Translations under genes and position numbers: made by a program | In this document: positions 1 through 9,969 of the stretch, piece by piece | How positions within the stretch are numbered: position 1 is the first letter of the stretch | How the letters are laid out: each line of letters begins with the position of its first letter | DNA from: Acidobacteriota bacterium | Lineage (GTDB): Bacteria; Acidobacteriota; UBA890; WLXD01 | Direction: 5' to 3' | Length of the DNA: 64,000 bases | Assembly: GCA_963666055.2 (NCBI GenBank) | Contig: CAXWPH010000015.1 | Coordinates: forward strand, 1,920,001-1,984,000 | Notes under the pieces: generated by a model | Seen by the model: only the letters and a program-made list of their open reading frames with translations | What the model was told of the DNA's origin: nothing | Databases searched by the model: none

Positions 1-154
1 CACCGAGGTGGCTCAACAGCAGGTAGCCACCAGCGGTGGCAAGAAACACTCGCCCGGCTATCGACCCCCGACGCGCGAACAAACGCCAACCGAAGACAAA
101 CGCCCCGCCGAGGGCCACGACTACCCAGGCGGCCAGCCCGACGTCGGCTATCAC
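1..154 (-). CDS. Membrane protein, N-terminal part (runs off the window)
   Basis: GTG at 154 overlaps the TGA of the upstream gene (GTGA). The open frame reads MIADVGLAAWVVVALGGAFVFGWRLFARRGSIAGRVFLATAGGYLLLSHLG, with two hydrophobic segments. Not in the ORF track because it is truncated. Confidence 0.6.
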   Translation of the reverse strand, partial: MIADVGLAAWVVVALGGAFVFGWRLFARRGSIAGRVFLATAGGYLLLSHLG

Positions 155-1467
155 GGGTCGGCCGTCATCCCGACAGCGGGCGGCGCTACGTTCGCCAAGC
201 AGCCGCGGATCAGGTGCCGCGCTGCATCGGTAGCATTCGACGGCACGCAGCGCTGGTGGAGCCGCCCGCGCAACAGCTTCCAGGTCGCCTCGGAGCGGCG
301 GGCGGGAGTGCTACAAAGCTCGTGTGCACGCTCCAGCTCGGCCTCCACGGATGCGGCGATGGAGGTCGCATCGGCCCCGGCGACAATCAAGCACCGTCCG
401 GCCTGCCGCAGCGCTGCAACAAGCGCGGCGTCGTCGAGCAGGTTGTCAACGGTGACAAAGAGCGCTTGCCCCATGGCACGCCCAGGGGCAAGCCTGGGCG
501 CGACGTCTCGCGGCAAGAACTCGTAGTGTGGTGCGTCCGCCACCAGCGTCAGCGCGCCGGCGGCGAGCGCTCGGTACAGCACCGCGCGCTCGTATGCCAC
601 CGGCTCGGGCGCCGCCGCAATCACGATGTCGGCACCGTCCGTTACCTGCCGGAGCTGGGTGGGCGAGGGTGACAGATGCCATTCGATGCGCCCATCGAGC
701 CCGGCCCGCGACGCCGCCGGACCAGCAATCGCCTGATGGATGATCTCCGGCGTCACATAGCGGATCGAGAGATCAGACCGCTTCTCTAGCAGCCGGGCTA
801 AACCCGACATCAGCGGCTGCGGCCAGCGGGAGCTCGCGGACACAACCGTGACGATGCCTTGCGTGTCGGAGTGTTCCGACGGCGCTCCCAGAACACCTGC
901 ACCGATGGGTAGCTCGACGTGCTCGACTGCAACGCCCTGCCGCCGCAGCTGCGCGGCGATCGGCGCTGTCGCCGCCAGCATCCGGTGGCGTTGCGACATG
1001 GCGCGCACCAGCGGATCGTAGCGCTCGTAAAGTGCGCGGCTACCCCAACCCCCGGCAACCGCAGCGCCGACTCGAGCACCGAGCTTCGGAACAGTGGCTT
1101 CGAGCGCCTCGATGTAGGCGTCCCAGCGCCCCAGAAGCGCCAAGCCACCGACTAGCATGTGATGCATAGCCGGATCGAGGATCCAAGCCACGCCGGCGCA
1201 ACGGCCTGCCAGGAGGTAGCTCGGCTCGTACGGAAGAAAATCGCGCCCGAGCGGGTAGAGAGCCGTGTCGAACTCCCTGTGCCTGTGGCGCTCGTCGAAA
1301 CGCAAGTAATGGAACGCCGGCGCCGGTAGATCGCCCCCTCGCAGGCGAGTGGATTCGACGAAGACCTCGACGTCCACTCGCGCCGCCAACGCACGCACGA
1401 CGGCATCGAGCTGTCGCGCTACCAGGGCTCGCGGATCGATACTCGGCAGCGTGATCGCGACGCGCAC
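151..1467 (-). CDS. GT-B fold glycosyltransferase-like protein (degenerate GT4-like)
   Basis: Paralogous to 5659..6936 (FDTALYPLG / GVAWILDPAMHH vs YDLAVYHMG / GLLVLHDVVLH). The C-terminal ADIVI...RALAAG..TLV segment is GT-B-like. Start moved to GTG 1467, just after the stop of the upstream GT. Confidence 0.7.
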   Translation of the reverse strand: MRVAITLPSIDPRALVARQLDAVVRALAARVDVEVFVESTRLRGGDLPAPAFHYLRFDERHRHREFDTALYPLGRDFLPYEPSYLLAGRCAGVAWILDPAMHHMLVGGLALLGRWDAYIEALEATVPKLGARVGAAVAGGWGSRALYERYDPLVRAMSQRHRMLAATAPIAAQLRRQGVAVEHVELPIGAGVLGAPSEHSDTQGIVTVVSASSRWPQPLMSGLARLLEKRSDLSIRYVTPEIIHQAIAGPAASRAGLDGRIEWHLSPSPTQLRQVTDGADIVIAAAPEPVAYERAVLYRALAAGALTLVADAPHYEFLPRDVAPRLAPGRAMGQALFVTVDNLLDDAALVAALRQAGRCLIVAGADATSIAASVEAELERAHELCSTPARRSEATWKLLRGRLHQRCVPSNATDAARHLIRGCLANVAPPAVGMTADP

Positions 1468-1469
1468 AT

Positions 1470-2525
1470 CTACTCCAGGGTGGAGGTCAACGCCGCGATC
1501 GCCTTCGGCCAGCTGACCCGGTCGCGTACCATCTCCCGCCCCTCGTGCCCCAGGCGCTCGCACAGGGCCCGGTCCTCGTACAGCACGTCGATGCGGTCGG
1601 CGAGGGCACCAGGATCGGGCTCCACCACGAAGCCGGTGGCGCTGTCGCGCACGAACTCGAGCACGCCGCCCGAATCTGTCGTCGTCACGACCGGACGCGC
1701 AGCGAAGAACGCCTCGAGGGTCGTGAAGCCATAGTCCTCATCAAGCGGCGTCAGCGTCATTGCAAAACAACCAGCCATCAACTCCAGCACGTCCTCGTCC
1801 GCAGCGAAACCCAGAAAAACGACGCGGTCTTCGAGGCCCAAATCGGTGACCAGCTCTTCGAGCCGCGCCTGGTCCGGCCCGCGTCCGGCGATGCGCAAGC
1901 AAACCGGATTGCGCGTGCGGGCCAGGGCCTGGATCGCCAGATCCAGCCGCTTGATGCGATCGAGCCGTCCAACGTAGAACAAATAGTCACCGTACGCGCC
2001 GACCCTCAGTCTCTGGTGCAGAGGAGGCGGTGCGTAGAGCGGCGTCGCCTCGACGCCGCAATACAGCTGTAGTCGGATGGCGGTATTTTGACTGTTGGTG
2101 AACAGTGCCCTGGTTTCGGATAACGCCTCCATGTCGAGCTCGAACAAGGCATCGCGAAGCGCCACCTCGTCATCAGCCAATCGGAAGTTGCCGAATGGTG
2201 TCGGGTGCAGATCGTAGACTTCGCGCTGCTGGTGGAATATCCAGGCAACCTTGTTGCGGTGCCGAGCCAGATACGATGGATATTTCGTGGCGATCAGCAG
2301 GTCGACCTCGCCGGGAGCGGTTGCCTCGAAGTTAGCCAGCCGCCACGCCATCGCCTGCTCGAGCGACGAGACAGTTCCCGTCCAGGTGTACGGTAGGGTT
2401 ACCAGCTCCACCTCGTGGCCGGCCTCGGTGAGCGCCGCCACGGTGAGCTCGGCATGTAGCTCGGCACCACCGCGAAGAAAGGGAACCTGCGGCGCAGCAA
2501 CGATGATGCGGTAACTTCGGCTCAA
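1470..2525 (-). CDS. Glycosyltransferase family 4
   Basis: N-terminal GGAE, VGRLDRIKR, and the EDYGFTTLEA (E-x7-E) motif followed by PVVTTTDSGG. Confidence 0.92.
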   Translation of the reverse strand: MSRSYRIIVAAPQVPFLRGGAELHAELTVAALTEAGHEVELVTLPYTWTGTVSSLEQAMAWRLANFEATAPGEVDLLIATKYPSYLARHRNKVAWIFHQQREVYDLHPTPFGNFRLADDEVALRDALFELDMEALSETRALFTNSQNTAIRLQLYCGVEATPLYAPPPLHQRLRVGAYGDYLFYVGRLDRIKRLDLAIQALARTRNPVCLRIAGRGPDQARLEELVTDLGLEDRVVFLGFAADEDVLELMAGCFAMTLTPLDEDYGFTTLEAFFAARPVVTTTDSGGVLEFVRDSATGFVVEPDPGALADRIDVLYEDRALCERLGHEGREMVRDRVSWPKAIAALTSTLE

Positions 2526-4084
2526 GACGTCTGGCCGGTCGCGTCTACCCGCGAGGCGATGAGCGCATATTCCTGCGGCGCAGCATACATCTCGTTCACC
2601 TGATCGATCCGCAGGTTGAGCTCCCGCACGACCGCCAGGCTGCTAGCGTGCTCGACGAACGGAGCCTCCTCCACTCGTGCTACCTGGGCCACTTCTGGTA
2701 CTTCAGCCTGGTACACGATGTCGATAACCGTAAGGCCACTCCGGTGCGCCATGAACGACAGCAGTTGCGGATGAACCGGGCGCGTATGAGTGGGATCGAG
2801 TACGTAGGCGCGTACGAGCGCGAACAGGCTCTCGGGGTTGATCGTCTCGACCACCAACCGGCCGCCTGGGGCCAGGCGCGAAGCCGCCAGGTCGGTGAGC
2901 CGCGACCAGTCGGGGGGAGGAATGTGCTCGATCACTTGGGCGAGGAATATTCCGCCTAGCGACCCCTCCGGGCGCGCCGCCAGCCAGTCGAACAGATCAG
3001 CGCACTCCGCCTGCAAGCCGCGCTCCGCGCAACTTTCCACGTCAGCAGCGTTGAGCTCGACCCCGATAGCCTCGGTTCCGGCGGCCTCCAGCAACTCGAG
3101 AAACTCGCCCCGCCCGCATCCCAGATCGGCAACCGGCCCTGGAACTCCTTCGAATCGCCCGACGTGCGCGCTCATGCGCCGGGTGATCTCCGCTTCGTCA
3201 CCTCGGAAACGGAGCTGGAAGGCACGATAGTCCTCGTCTCGCATCCATTCACGCAACTGCCGCCAGAGCTCGCCATCGAGGTGCTGCGCGGCACCGCCGC
3301 CCGCTGGCTGCGACTCTGACTTGGAAGCTGCCTGCACCTGGTCGAGTACCCGGGCCAGCTGCGCCCGCGTCTCGAGAAGCTCCGCCTCGGCGATGTTCGA
3401 GGTGCGCGACTGCAGCTGCTCGAGGACCTTGTCCTTTTCGTCGAAACGGGCGTCGATCGCCTGCGCCCGCTCTACGAAGCGGACCTCCAGGAAGTGCATG
3501 CGCTCGGCATGTTTGTCGTACAAATCGTCGAGCGCGCCGCGCAGCCCCCAGAGTTCTTCCTCCAACGCGTCAAAGAGCACGCTCTGGCGATCACGCAGCG
3601 CTTCGTCGTAGTTGGACAGTGCCGCATCCAGCCGCGCCTCCAGCTGACGAGGGTCCGGTGCCAGGTCGAAGAGCGAATCGTGAATCGCGACCAGGCGCTG
3701 CTCGACCGCCGCGCCGAGCTGGTTGAGGTGCCGTACAACCTCGGCGTTGAACTTCTCCTGGCGTGCCAGATAGGGGTCCAAGACAGGCTGCACAAAGGGC
3801 CGCGCTAGCCATCGCAGGAAGGTCAGCAGAGGCCCGATCACCGGTACGCTCGAGCGCAGCTCCGTCGGGCCCGTGATCACCGCCAGATCGTTTGCCGCTA
3901 TCAGGTGATCCGAGTGCGTAATGCGGGGCTCGGAGACCGGCGGCGATATGTTGGGCGCGGCCAGCTCGGGCCGCGAGACGGGAGACATCCCGGCGGCGAT
4001 ACGAGGCGGAGGCGCCGCTTTCAGCTCGTCCCGGATCTGGTCGCGGACCCGCTCAAGTCGCCGTGCGATCTCGTTCTGGTCCAT
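2522..4084 (-). CDS. Class I SAM-dependent methyltransferase with N-terminal coiled coil (WbdD-like glycan chain-terminating methyltransferase)
   Basis: YRAFQLRFRG...VADLGCGRGEFL SAM motif, QVIEH, LAPGG, and DPTHTRP. A long E/L/R-rich helical region lies N-terminal. It sits inside the GT cluster. Confidence 0.8.
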   Translation of the reverse strand: MDQNEIARRLERVRDQIRDELKAAPPPRIAAGMSPVSRPELAAPNISPPVSEPRITHSDHLIAANDLAVITGPTELRSSVPVIGPLLTFLRWLARPFVQPVLDPYLARQEKFNAEVVRHLNQLGAAVEQRLVAIHDSLFDLAPDPRQLEARLDAALSNYDEALRDRQSVLFDALEEELWGLRGALDDLYDKHAERMHFLEVRFVERAQAIDARFDEKDKVLEQLQSRTSNIAEAELLETRAQLARVLDQVQAASKSESQPAGGGAAQHLDGELWRQLREWMRDEDYRAFQLRFRGDEAEITRRMSAHVGRFEGVPGPVADLGCGRGEFLELLEAAGTEAIGVELNAADVESCAERGLQAECADLFDWLAARPEGSLGGIFLAQVIEHIPPPDWSRLTDLAASRLAPGGRLVVETINPESLFALVRAYVLDPTHTRPVHPQLLSFMAHRSGLTVIDIVYQAEVPEVAQVARVEEAPFVEHASSLAVVRELNLRIDQVNEMYAAPQEYALIASRVDATGQTS

Positions 4085-4126
4085 GGCGTGCCTCAGGCCG
4101 GAATCTCTGCCCGCGGCGGGTCAGAC

Positions 4127-5428
4127 CTACCGACCGACGGAAGTGTAGTCGAACTCCAGCTCGCGCATCCTGGCCGGCTCGTACACGTTTCTCAGGTCGA
4201 CGAGCACCGGGCTCCGCATACCGGCACGCAGCCGCCCGAGGTCGAGGTTGCGGAACTGGTTCCACTCTGTGGCGATCACCACAACATCGACTTCGGCGCA
4301 CGCGGCATATGCATCGTCGCAGTAGATGACACGATCTCCGAGCGCGGCGCGGGCGTTGTTCATCGCGGCAGGGTCAAAGGTCTGGATACTGGCGCCCTCT
4401 GCCAGCAAGCCCTCGGCGATCGCGATGGCCGGACTCTCGCGCGTGTCGTCAGTGTTGGGCTTGAAAGCGAGCCCGAGCAGCCCGACTCTGGTGCCGTCGA
4501 GAGCGCCTACCGCGGCGCGAATCTTGTCGATCATCAGCTCGCGCTGACGGGCGTTGGCTGCCAGCGCGGCGTTCCCCATCATGAAGTCGTAGCCAACCTC
4601 CTCGGCCGCAGCGACCAGCGCGCTGACGTCCTTCGGAAAGCACGAACCCCCGAAGCCGGGGCCCGGATGAAGAAACTTGGACGAGATTCGGCCATCCAGA
4701 CCCATCGACCGAGCAACGACATGAACGTCGGCACCCAATCGTTCACACATGTTAGCGATCTCGTTGATGAAGGTGATCTTCACGGCCAGGAACGCATTGG
4801 ATGCATACTTGATCATCTCGGCCGTCGGCACCGACGTAACCACAATCGGAGTCTCGATGAGATACAGCGGCCGATACAGAGCCTCCATGATCTCCGCGGC
4901 GCGCTTCGAGTCGACACCAATGACGATGCGATCCGGTCGCATGAAGTCCTCGACGGCGGACCCCTCGCGCAAGAACTCGGGGTTGCTGGCGACGTCGAAG
5001 TCGGCATGGTCACCAGCATGCTCGAGAATAAGCCGCTTGATGCGCTCAGCGGTGCGAGGTGGCACCGTGCTCTTCGTAGCGATGACCTTGTAGCCATTGA
5101 GGTGGCGGCCAATGTCCTCAGCCACGGCGTCGATGTAGGTCAGATCGGTGCTGCCGTCGTCACGCGCCGGTGTACCCACAGCGATGAAGACGACATCGGC
5201 ATCGCGAATGGCGCCGCCGACATCGGTGGTGAACGCCAGGCGGCCGGCGGCAACGTTCTGGATGATCTTCTCCGCCAAGCCAGGCTCATAGAACGGCACT
5301 CCACCGGCCGTCAGCTTGGCGATCTTCGCTTCATCGATATCGCAACAAATGACGTCCAGACCAAAGTCCGCGAAACACGTGCCCGACACCAGGCCTACAT
5401 ACCCCGTGCCGATCATGGTGACCTTCAT
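4127..5428 (-). CDS. ugd: UDP-glucose 6-dehydrogenase
   Basis: IGTGYVGL, KSTVPP, NPEFLREG, GFGGSCFPKD and LAFKPNTDDTRESP motifs. Start at MKVTMIG. Confidence 0.95.
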   Translation of the reverse strand: MKVTMIGTGYVGLVSGTCFADFGLDVICCDIDEAKIAKLTAGGVPFYEPGLAEKIIQNVAAGRLAFTTDVGGAIRDADVVFIAVGTPARDDGSTDLTYIDAVAEDIGRHLNGYKVIATKSTVPPRTAERIKRLILEHAGDHADFDVASNPEFLREGSAVEDFMRPDRIVIGVDSKRAAEIMEALYRPLYLIETPIVVTSVPTAEMIKYASNAFLAVKITFINEIANMCERLGADVHVVARSMGLDGRISSKFLHPGPGFGGSCFPKDVSALVAAAEEVGYDFMMGNAALAANARQRELMIDKIRAAVGALDGTRVGLLGLAFKPNTDDTRESPAIAIAEGLLAEGASIQTFDPAAMNNARAALGDRVIYCDDAYAACAEVDVVVIATEWNQFRNLDLGRLRAGMRSPVLVDLRNVYEPARMRELEFDYTSVGR

Positions 5429-5658
5429 CAGGATCCTCGGCGCCTCGCGCCTGAACATGCCCGCGGCGACGCGAGCGAGTGGCTAGCAGGTTTCGTCAGC
5501 GCTCTCGTAGTGGTGGTTGCCGCAGTGTCCATGTCCGCCGAACTCACCCGGTCACGCGCGGTCGGAGCCGCTCGGCGGCAAGAGACAGAAGCTTGCGGGG
5601 CGAGCGTGGCAGGAGAAACGAAAGGATATCGCAACATCGAAGTGCGCGGCGCGCCCCC

Positions 5659-6936
5659 TCAAGGTCCGTCATCGACCGCGAGCGCCTGCCCGACCGCCCT
5701 AACGTAGCTGGCTGCCATTGCCTCACGGGTGATGGTGCATGCGGCCCACTGCTGCGCCACCGAAGCCGCTCGGTGGCGAGCCCTGGGATCAGAGAGCCAT
5801 TCAATGAGCGCCGCCCGCAACGCCGCCTCCTCCCCGTCAGCTGTCCCTGTCGGAACGCGTTGCACGGCGCCGGCAGGAATATCGCGCAGATGGACCAGGT
5901 CGTGAATCACTATGGGTGTGCCCAGTTGCAACAGCTGCTGCTGGGCACCGGACGAGGCTCTGGCAGTCGGATAGCGAAGGTTGACCGCAATGTCGGTGGC
6001 ACGCATCAAGGCGCCGAAGTCGAGGTCGCTGACGCGCCCCGTCCAACGCACTCGCTGTCCGAGGCGGCGCGCCGCAGGCAGCCGGGCGAGCTCGGACTCA
6101 GCGGAGCCCACCGCCACGAAGACGAAGTCGTGGTCGGCGGCGATGTCGGCCAGCACGTCGAGAATCATCGCAATACAATGCCCGGACCCTATGTGACCGA
6201 AGGTTCCGACAAGCGGCCGCTCGCCATCCGCTCCGAGATCGACCCTCCACGCTGCTACCAGGTCGTCTGGGGGACGCGGCACGGGTAGCCAGTGCACAAC
6301 CGAAGCGATCCGCACCTCGGGTAACTGGGCGCCCAACCAGCGGGCCAATAGATCGCCGTGCACCACGGTGAGAAGACTGGTCCGCACCAGGTCCTCACAC
6401 ATTGGAAAGTTCCAGTACAGAGCGGGTGTTCCGAACCCGCCGACAACCAAATGGCCGATGTCGTTGGCCACGTCGGGTCGGCCGCGCCGCAGGGCAGCTC
6501 GGTAGCCGTCGAGATCGTGGGTATGCAGGTAGTGCGCCGCGCGCGACGGGTGAAGGACGACATCGTGCAGCACCAACAGACCCGGTTTCCGCGCCACGAT
6601 AGGCGTCACGTAATGGTGCGCTTCGCTGTTTCCCATGTGATAGACGGCTAGGTCGTACGGTCGCATCCTCTCCCGCCGACACCATTGCTCATGCGGTAGA
6701 ACCCGCTGCCGGCGTCCGACCCAGCGGCCGGCGCGCAGGCGCTCCTCCGCAAAGACATCGATCTGCCAACGCGCCGGGAGCACGTCCAGCAGGCCAGCAA
6801 CATAGTCGGCGACGCCGGTCGGCGCCGGCGGCATTGGCGAGAACATCGCAATGCGCAGCGGGCGCTCGGCGAGCTCCGCGAGTGCCCCGCTCAGACCGGC
6901 GGTAGGCGCCCGCGCCGCCGCCGTTTCCCGGCTCAT
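5659..6936 (-). CDS. GT-B glycosyltransferase (GT4-like)
   Basis: FSPMPPAPTGVADY, YHMGNSEAH, GLLVLHD and DIAVNLRYPT motifs. The start overlaps the uvrA stop (ATGA). Confidence 0.85.
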   Translation of the reverse strand: MSRETAAARAPTAGLSGALAELAERPLRIAMFSPMPPAPTGVADYVAGLLDVLPARWQIDVFAEERLRAGRWVGRRQRVLPHEQWCRRERMRPYDLAVYHMGNSEAHHYVTPIVARKPGLLVLHDVVLHPSRAAHYLHTHDLDGYRAALRRGRPDVANDIGHLVVGGFGTPALYWNFPMCEDLVRTSLLTVVHGDLLARWLGAQLPEVRIASVVHWLPVPRPPDDLVAAWRVDLGADGERPLVGTFGHIGSGHCIAMILDVLADIAADHDFVFVAVGSAESELARLPAARRLGQRVRWTGRVSDLDFGALMRATDIAVNLRYPTARASSGAQQQLLQLGTPIVIHDLVHLRDIPAGAVQRVPTGTADGEEAALRAALIEWLSDPRARHRAASVAQQWAACTITREAMAASYVRAVGQALAVDDGP

Positions 6937-9788
6937 GTGGTTCCGACGCGAGCTCGTCGCAGGACGGGCGCAAGGAACCGACCGGTGGCCGAGGCGTCGA
7001 CCTGCGTGACCTCCTCGGGGGTGCCCGCGGCGACGATCAGGCCGCCGCCGTCACCGCCGTCAGGCCCGAGGTCGACGATCCAGTCAGCGTACTTGATCAC
7101 CTCGAGATTGTGCTCCACCACGACCACGGTATTCCCCTGATCGACGAGTGCATCCAGCACCTGGAGCAGACGCCGTACGTCGTCGAAATGAAGCCCGGTG
7201 GTAGGTTCGTCGAGAAGGTACAGCGTCGAGCCGGTGGCGCGACGCGACAACTCCTTGGCGAGCTTCAGTCGCTGCGCCTCGCCTCCCGAGATCGTCGTGG
7301 CCGGCTGGCCGAGGCGCAAGTACCCCAGACCGACCTCCTGTAGCGCCACGAGCTTCTGGGCGATTGCGGGAACCGCACCGAACTGCTCCGCCGCTTGATC
7401 GATGGTCATTTCCAGGACCTCGGCGATATCGTGGCCGCGATATTTCACCTCCAGCGTTTCGTCGTTGTAGCGGCGCCCCGAGCACTCGTCACACAGCGTG
7501 TACACGTCGGGCAAGAAGTGCATCTCTATCTTCTTCAGGCCGGCTCCGTGGCATCCCTCACAACGCCCCCCCGCCACATTGAACGAGTAACGCCCGGGAC
7601 CGAAGGCGCGGACTTTGCTTTCCGGCAGCGAGGCGAACAGCTGTCGGATGGGCGTGAAGGCCCCCGAGTACGTCGCCGGGTTGGAGCGCGGCGTGCGGCC
7701 GATCGGGTCCTGGGTGATATCGATGACCTTGTCGATCGCCTCGATACCATCGATCCGGTCGTGCTGGCCGGGGCGTGCAGCGGCGCCGTTGAGATGCTGC
7801 GCCAGCGCGCGGTAGAGCGTCTCCTCGACGAGGCTGCTCTTGCCCGAGCCGGACACACCGGCCACCACAATGAAGCAACCAAGGGGCAGCTCGACGTCGA
7901 TGCCCTGGAGGTTGCGATGACGAGCGCCCCGAACGACAAGCCAAGTAGGGCCGCCATCGGCACGCGGTAGCGGCCGACGGCGACGTGCCGGAATCTCGAT
8001 GCTGCGACGCCCCGACAAATATGCGCCGGTCAGTGAGTGCGGATGGTCGGCGACGTCCTCGGGCGGTCCCTGGGCGACGAGGTAGCCTCCTTGTTCGCCG
8101 GCCCCAGGTCCCAGATCGACAACCCAGTCGGCGGCACGGATGGTCTGTTCATCGTGCTCGACCACGATCACGGTATTGCCGAGATCGCGAATCGCCTCGA
8201 GAGCCTCGATCAGCCGGCGGTTGTCGCGCGCGTGCAATCCGATACTCGGCTCGTCGAGGACATACAGAACGCCGCGCAGGCGAGTGCCTATCTGCGTCGC
8301 GAGCCGGATGCGCTGGCTCTCGCCACCGGCCAAGCTGCGCGCTGGGCGGTCGAGGCTGATGTAGCCCAGGCCGACCTGGTGCAGAAACCCCAGACGCTCA
8401 CCAACCTCTTTCAGGATCGGCTCGGCAATGGGGGCCAGCCGCTTGCGCACCGTCATCCGGCCGATCGTGCTTTCGGCCTCCGCGATGGTCAGCGCGGAGA
8501 GCTCCGCGATTGACATGCCATCGATGCGCACCGACAGGCTCTCGGGCCGCAGACGGGTACCGGCACACGCGCCGCACGCGCCCTCGTGGAGGTAGGGCTC
8601 CAGCCGCTTCAGAACACGGGTCGACTCGGCATTTTGTAGGGCGCGCTGCAGCCACGGCACCACTCCGCGAAAGCCGCGTGCCAGGCTCTTGTCGAGGTAG
8701 TCGCCCTTGAGACGGAATTTGATCGGTTTGCCATCATCGGGTCCGTGCATCACGAGGTCGCGAAAGCGTCGCGGCAAGGTATTCCAGCGCTTGCGAATAT
8801 CGACCTTCTCGACGCGTGCGAGAGCCCGCAGGAACGCCCGCGGGTAAGCGTCCCCCCGCCACGGCGCGATGGCTTCGTCGAGCAGACCGAGCTCGACGTC
8901 TGGCACGATGCGGCCCTCATCGAATCGCCGGTCTGTCCCCAGGCCATCGCAGACAGAACATGCGCCGCGCGGGCTGTTGAAGGAAAAGGATCGCGGCTCG
9001 AGGTCCGGAAGGCTGATTCCACAACGCGGGCAAGAGAGCTTGTTGGAAAAGAGATGATCCCCCTCACCGACGACGTTGATGATTACCACACCGTCACCAA
9101 GCTGTAGGGCTGTGTCGATGGCCGCGTGCAGCCGGTCGCGCACCTTGGGCCGCAGCACGAGGCGATCGACGACGACTTCGATGTCGTGCAGTTTGTTGCG
9201 GTCCAGCTTGATAGCCTCGCCACCGAGCTCGCGAATGCGTCCATCGATCCGTGCGCGGGCATATCCGCTGGTAGCGAGGCGCGCCAATTCAGCGCGGTAC
9301 TCGCCCTTTCGGCCGCGAATGATCGGCCCCATGATCTGGAGCTTCGCCCCTTCGGGTAGAGCCAGGACACGCTCGACGATCTGCCGGCCAGTTTGCGAAA
9401 CGACCGGGCGATCACAGCGCGGGCAGTATGGTGTGCCGACGCGGGCGTACAGCAAGCGTAGAAAGTCGTATATCTCCGTAACGGTGCCGACTGTCGACCG
9501 CGGATTGCGGCTGGTCGTTTTCTGGTCGATGGCGATCGACGGTGAAAGGCCCTCGACGATGTCGACGTCGGGCCGCTCCATCTGTTCCAGGAATTGCCGG
9601 GCGTAGGCCGACAAGGATTCCACGTACCGACGTTGACCCTCGGCGTACAACGTGTCGAACGCCAACGATGACTTGCCTGATCCTGACGGTCCGGTGACCA
9701 CGATCAGGGCGAAACGCGGCAAGTCGAGATCGAGGCCTTTGAGATTATGCTGCCTCGCCCCGCGGATCTTGATGCGGTCGATGCTCAC
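6933..9788 (-). CDS. uvrA: Excinuclease ABC subunit A
   Basis: GARQHNLK, two Walker A motifs ([18 protein letters not shown]), zinc fingers, and [16 protein letters not shown]. Likely GTG start at 9788. Confidence 0.97.
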   Translation of the reverse strand: MSIDRIKIRGARQHNLKGLDLDLPRFALIVVTGPSGSGKSSLAFDTLYAEGQRRYVESLSAYARQFLEQMERPDVDIVEGLSPSIAIDQKTTSRNPRSTVGTVTEIYDFLRLLYARVGTPYCPRCDRPVVSQTGRQIVERVLALPEGAKLQIMGPIIRGRKGEYRAELARLATSGYARARIDGRIRELGGEAIKLDRNKLHDIEVVVDRLVLRPKVRDRLHAAIDTALQLGDGVVIINVVGEGDHLFSNKLSCPRCGISLPDLEPRSFSFNSPRGACSVCDGLGTDRRFDEGRIVPDVELGLLDEAIAPWRGDAYPRAFLRALARVEKVDIRKRWNTLPRRFRDLVMHGPDDGKPIKFRLKGDYLDKSLARGFRGVVPWLQRALQNAESTRVLKRLEPYLHEGACGACAGTRLRPESLSVRIDGMSIAELSALTIAEAESTIGRMTVRKRLAPIAEPILKEVGERLGFLHQVGLGYISLDRPARSLAGGESQRIRLATQIGTRLRGVLYVLDEPSIGLHARDNRRLIEALEAIRDLGNTVIVVEHDEQTIRAADWVVDLGPGAGEQGGYLVAQGPPEDVADHPHSLTGAYLSGRRSIEIPARRRRPLPRADGGPTWLVVRGARHRNLQGIDVELPLGCFIVVAGVSGSGKSSLVEETLYRALAQHLNGAAARPGQHDRIDGIEAIDKVIDITQDPIGRTPRSNPATYSGAFTPIRQLFASLPESKVRAFGPGRYSFNVAGGRCEGCHGAGLKKIEMHFLPDVYTLCDECSGRRYNDETLEVKYRGHDIAEVLEMTIDQAAEQFGAVPAIAQKLVALQEVGLGYLRLGQPATTISGGEAQRLKLAKELSRRATGSTLYLLDEPTTGLHFDDVRRLLQVLDALVDQGNTVVVVEHNLEVIKYADWIVDLGPDGGDGGGLIVAAGTPEEVTQVDASATGRFLAPVLRRARVGTT

Positions 9789-9801
9789 GAAATAATGGCC
9801 C

Positions 9802-9829
9802 GTAACTATTGTTATTGTTCGGTATTTAC
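9802..9829. promoter_or_regulatory. AT-rich site upstream of uvrA (GTAA-N20-TTAC, containing the TAAC-N4-GTTA palindrome)
   Basis: GTAACTATTGTTATTGTTCGGTATTTAC lies 14 nt upstream of the uvrA start in an otherwise GC-rich region. The binding protein is inferred, not shown. Confidence 0.35.
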
Positions 9830-9969
9830 CCTGGACTCGCGGCATTGTGACGCCTGGCAGCGGCGGAGGCTAAGATCGTCCGAAGCGTCGCCCGACCCCA
9901 CGTATTGTCGATGCCCCCGAGCCCAGGGTTTCGACGGAAGCACAGCTGACCAAATCTAGCAAAGTCGCC

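Noticed and set aside
3905-5707. 600-aa plus-strand ORF, and similar long ORFs at 16977..18752, 18771..20546, 21444..22493 and 30496..31683
   Set aside because: Antisense shadows of well-supported genes (ugd, mfd, wzt, binding protein, mrpD). These are expected in high-GC DNA and carry no motifs.
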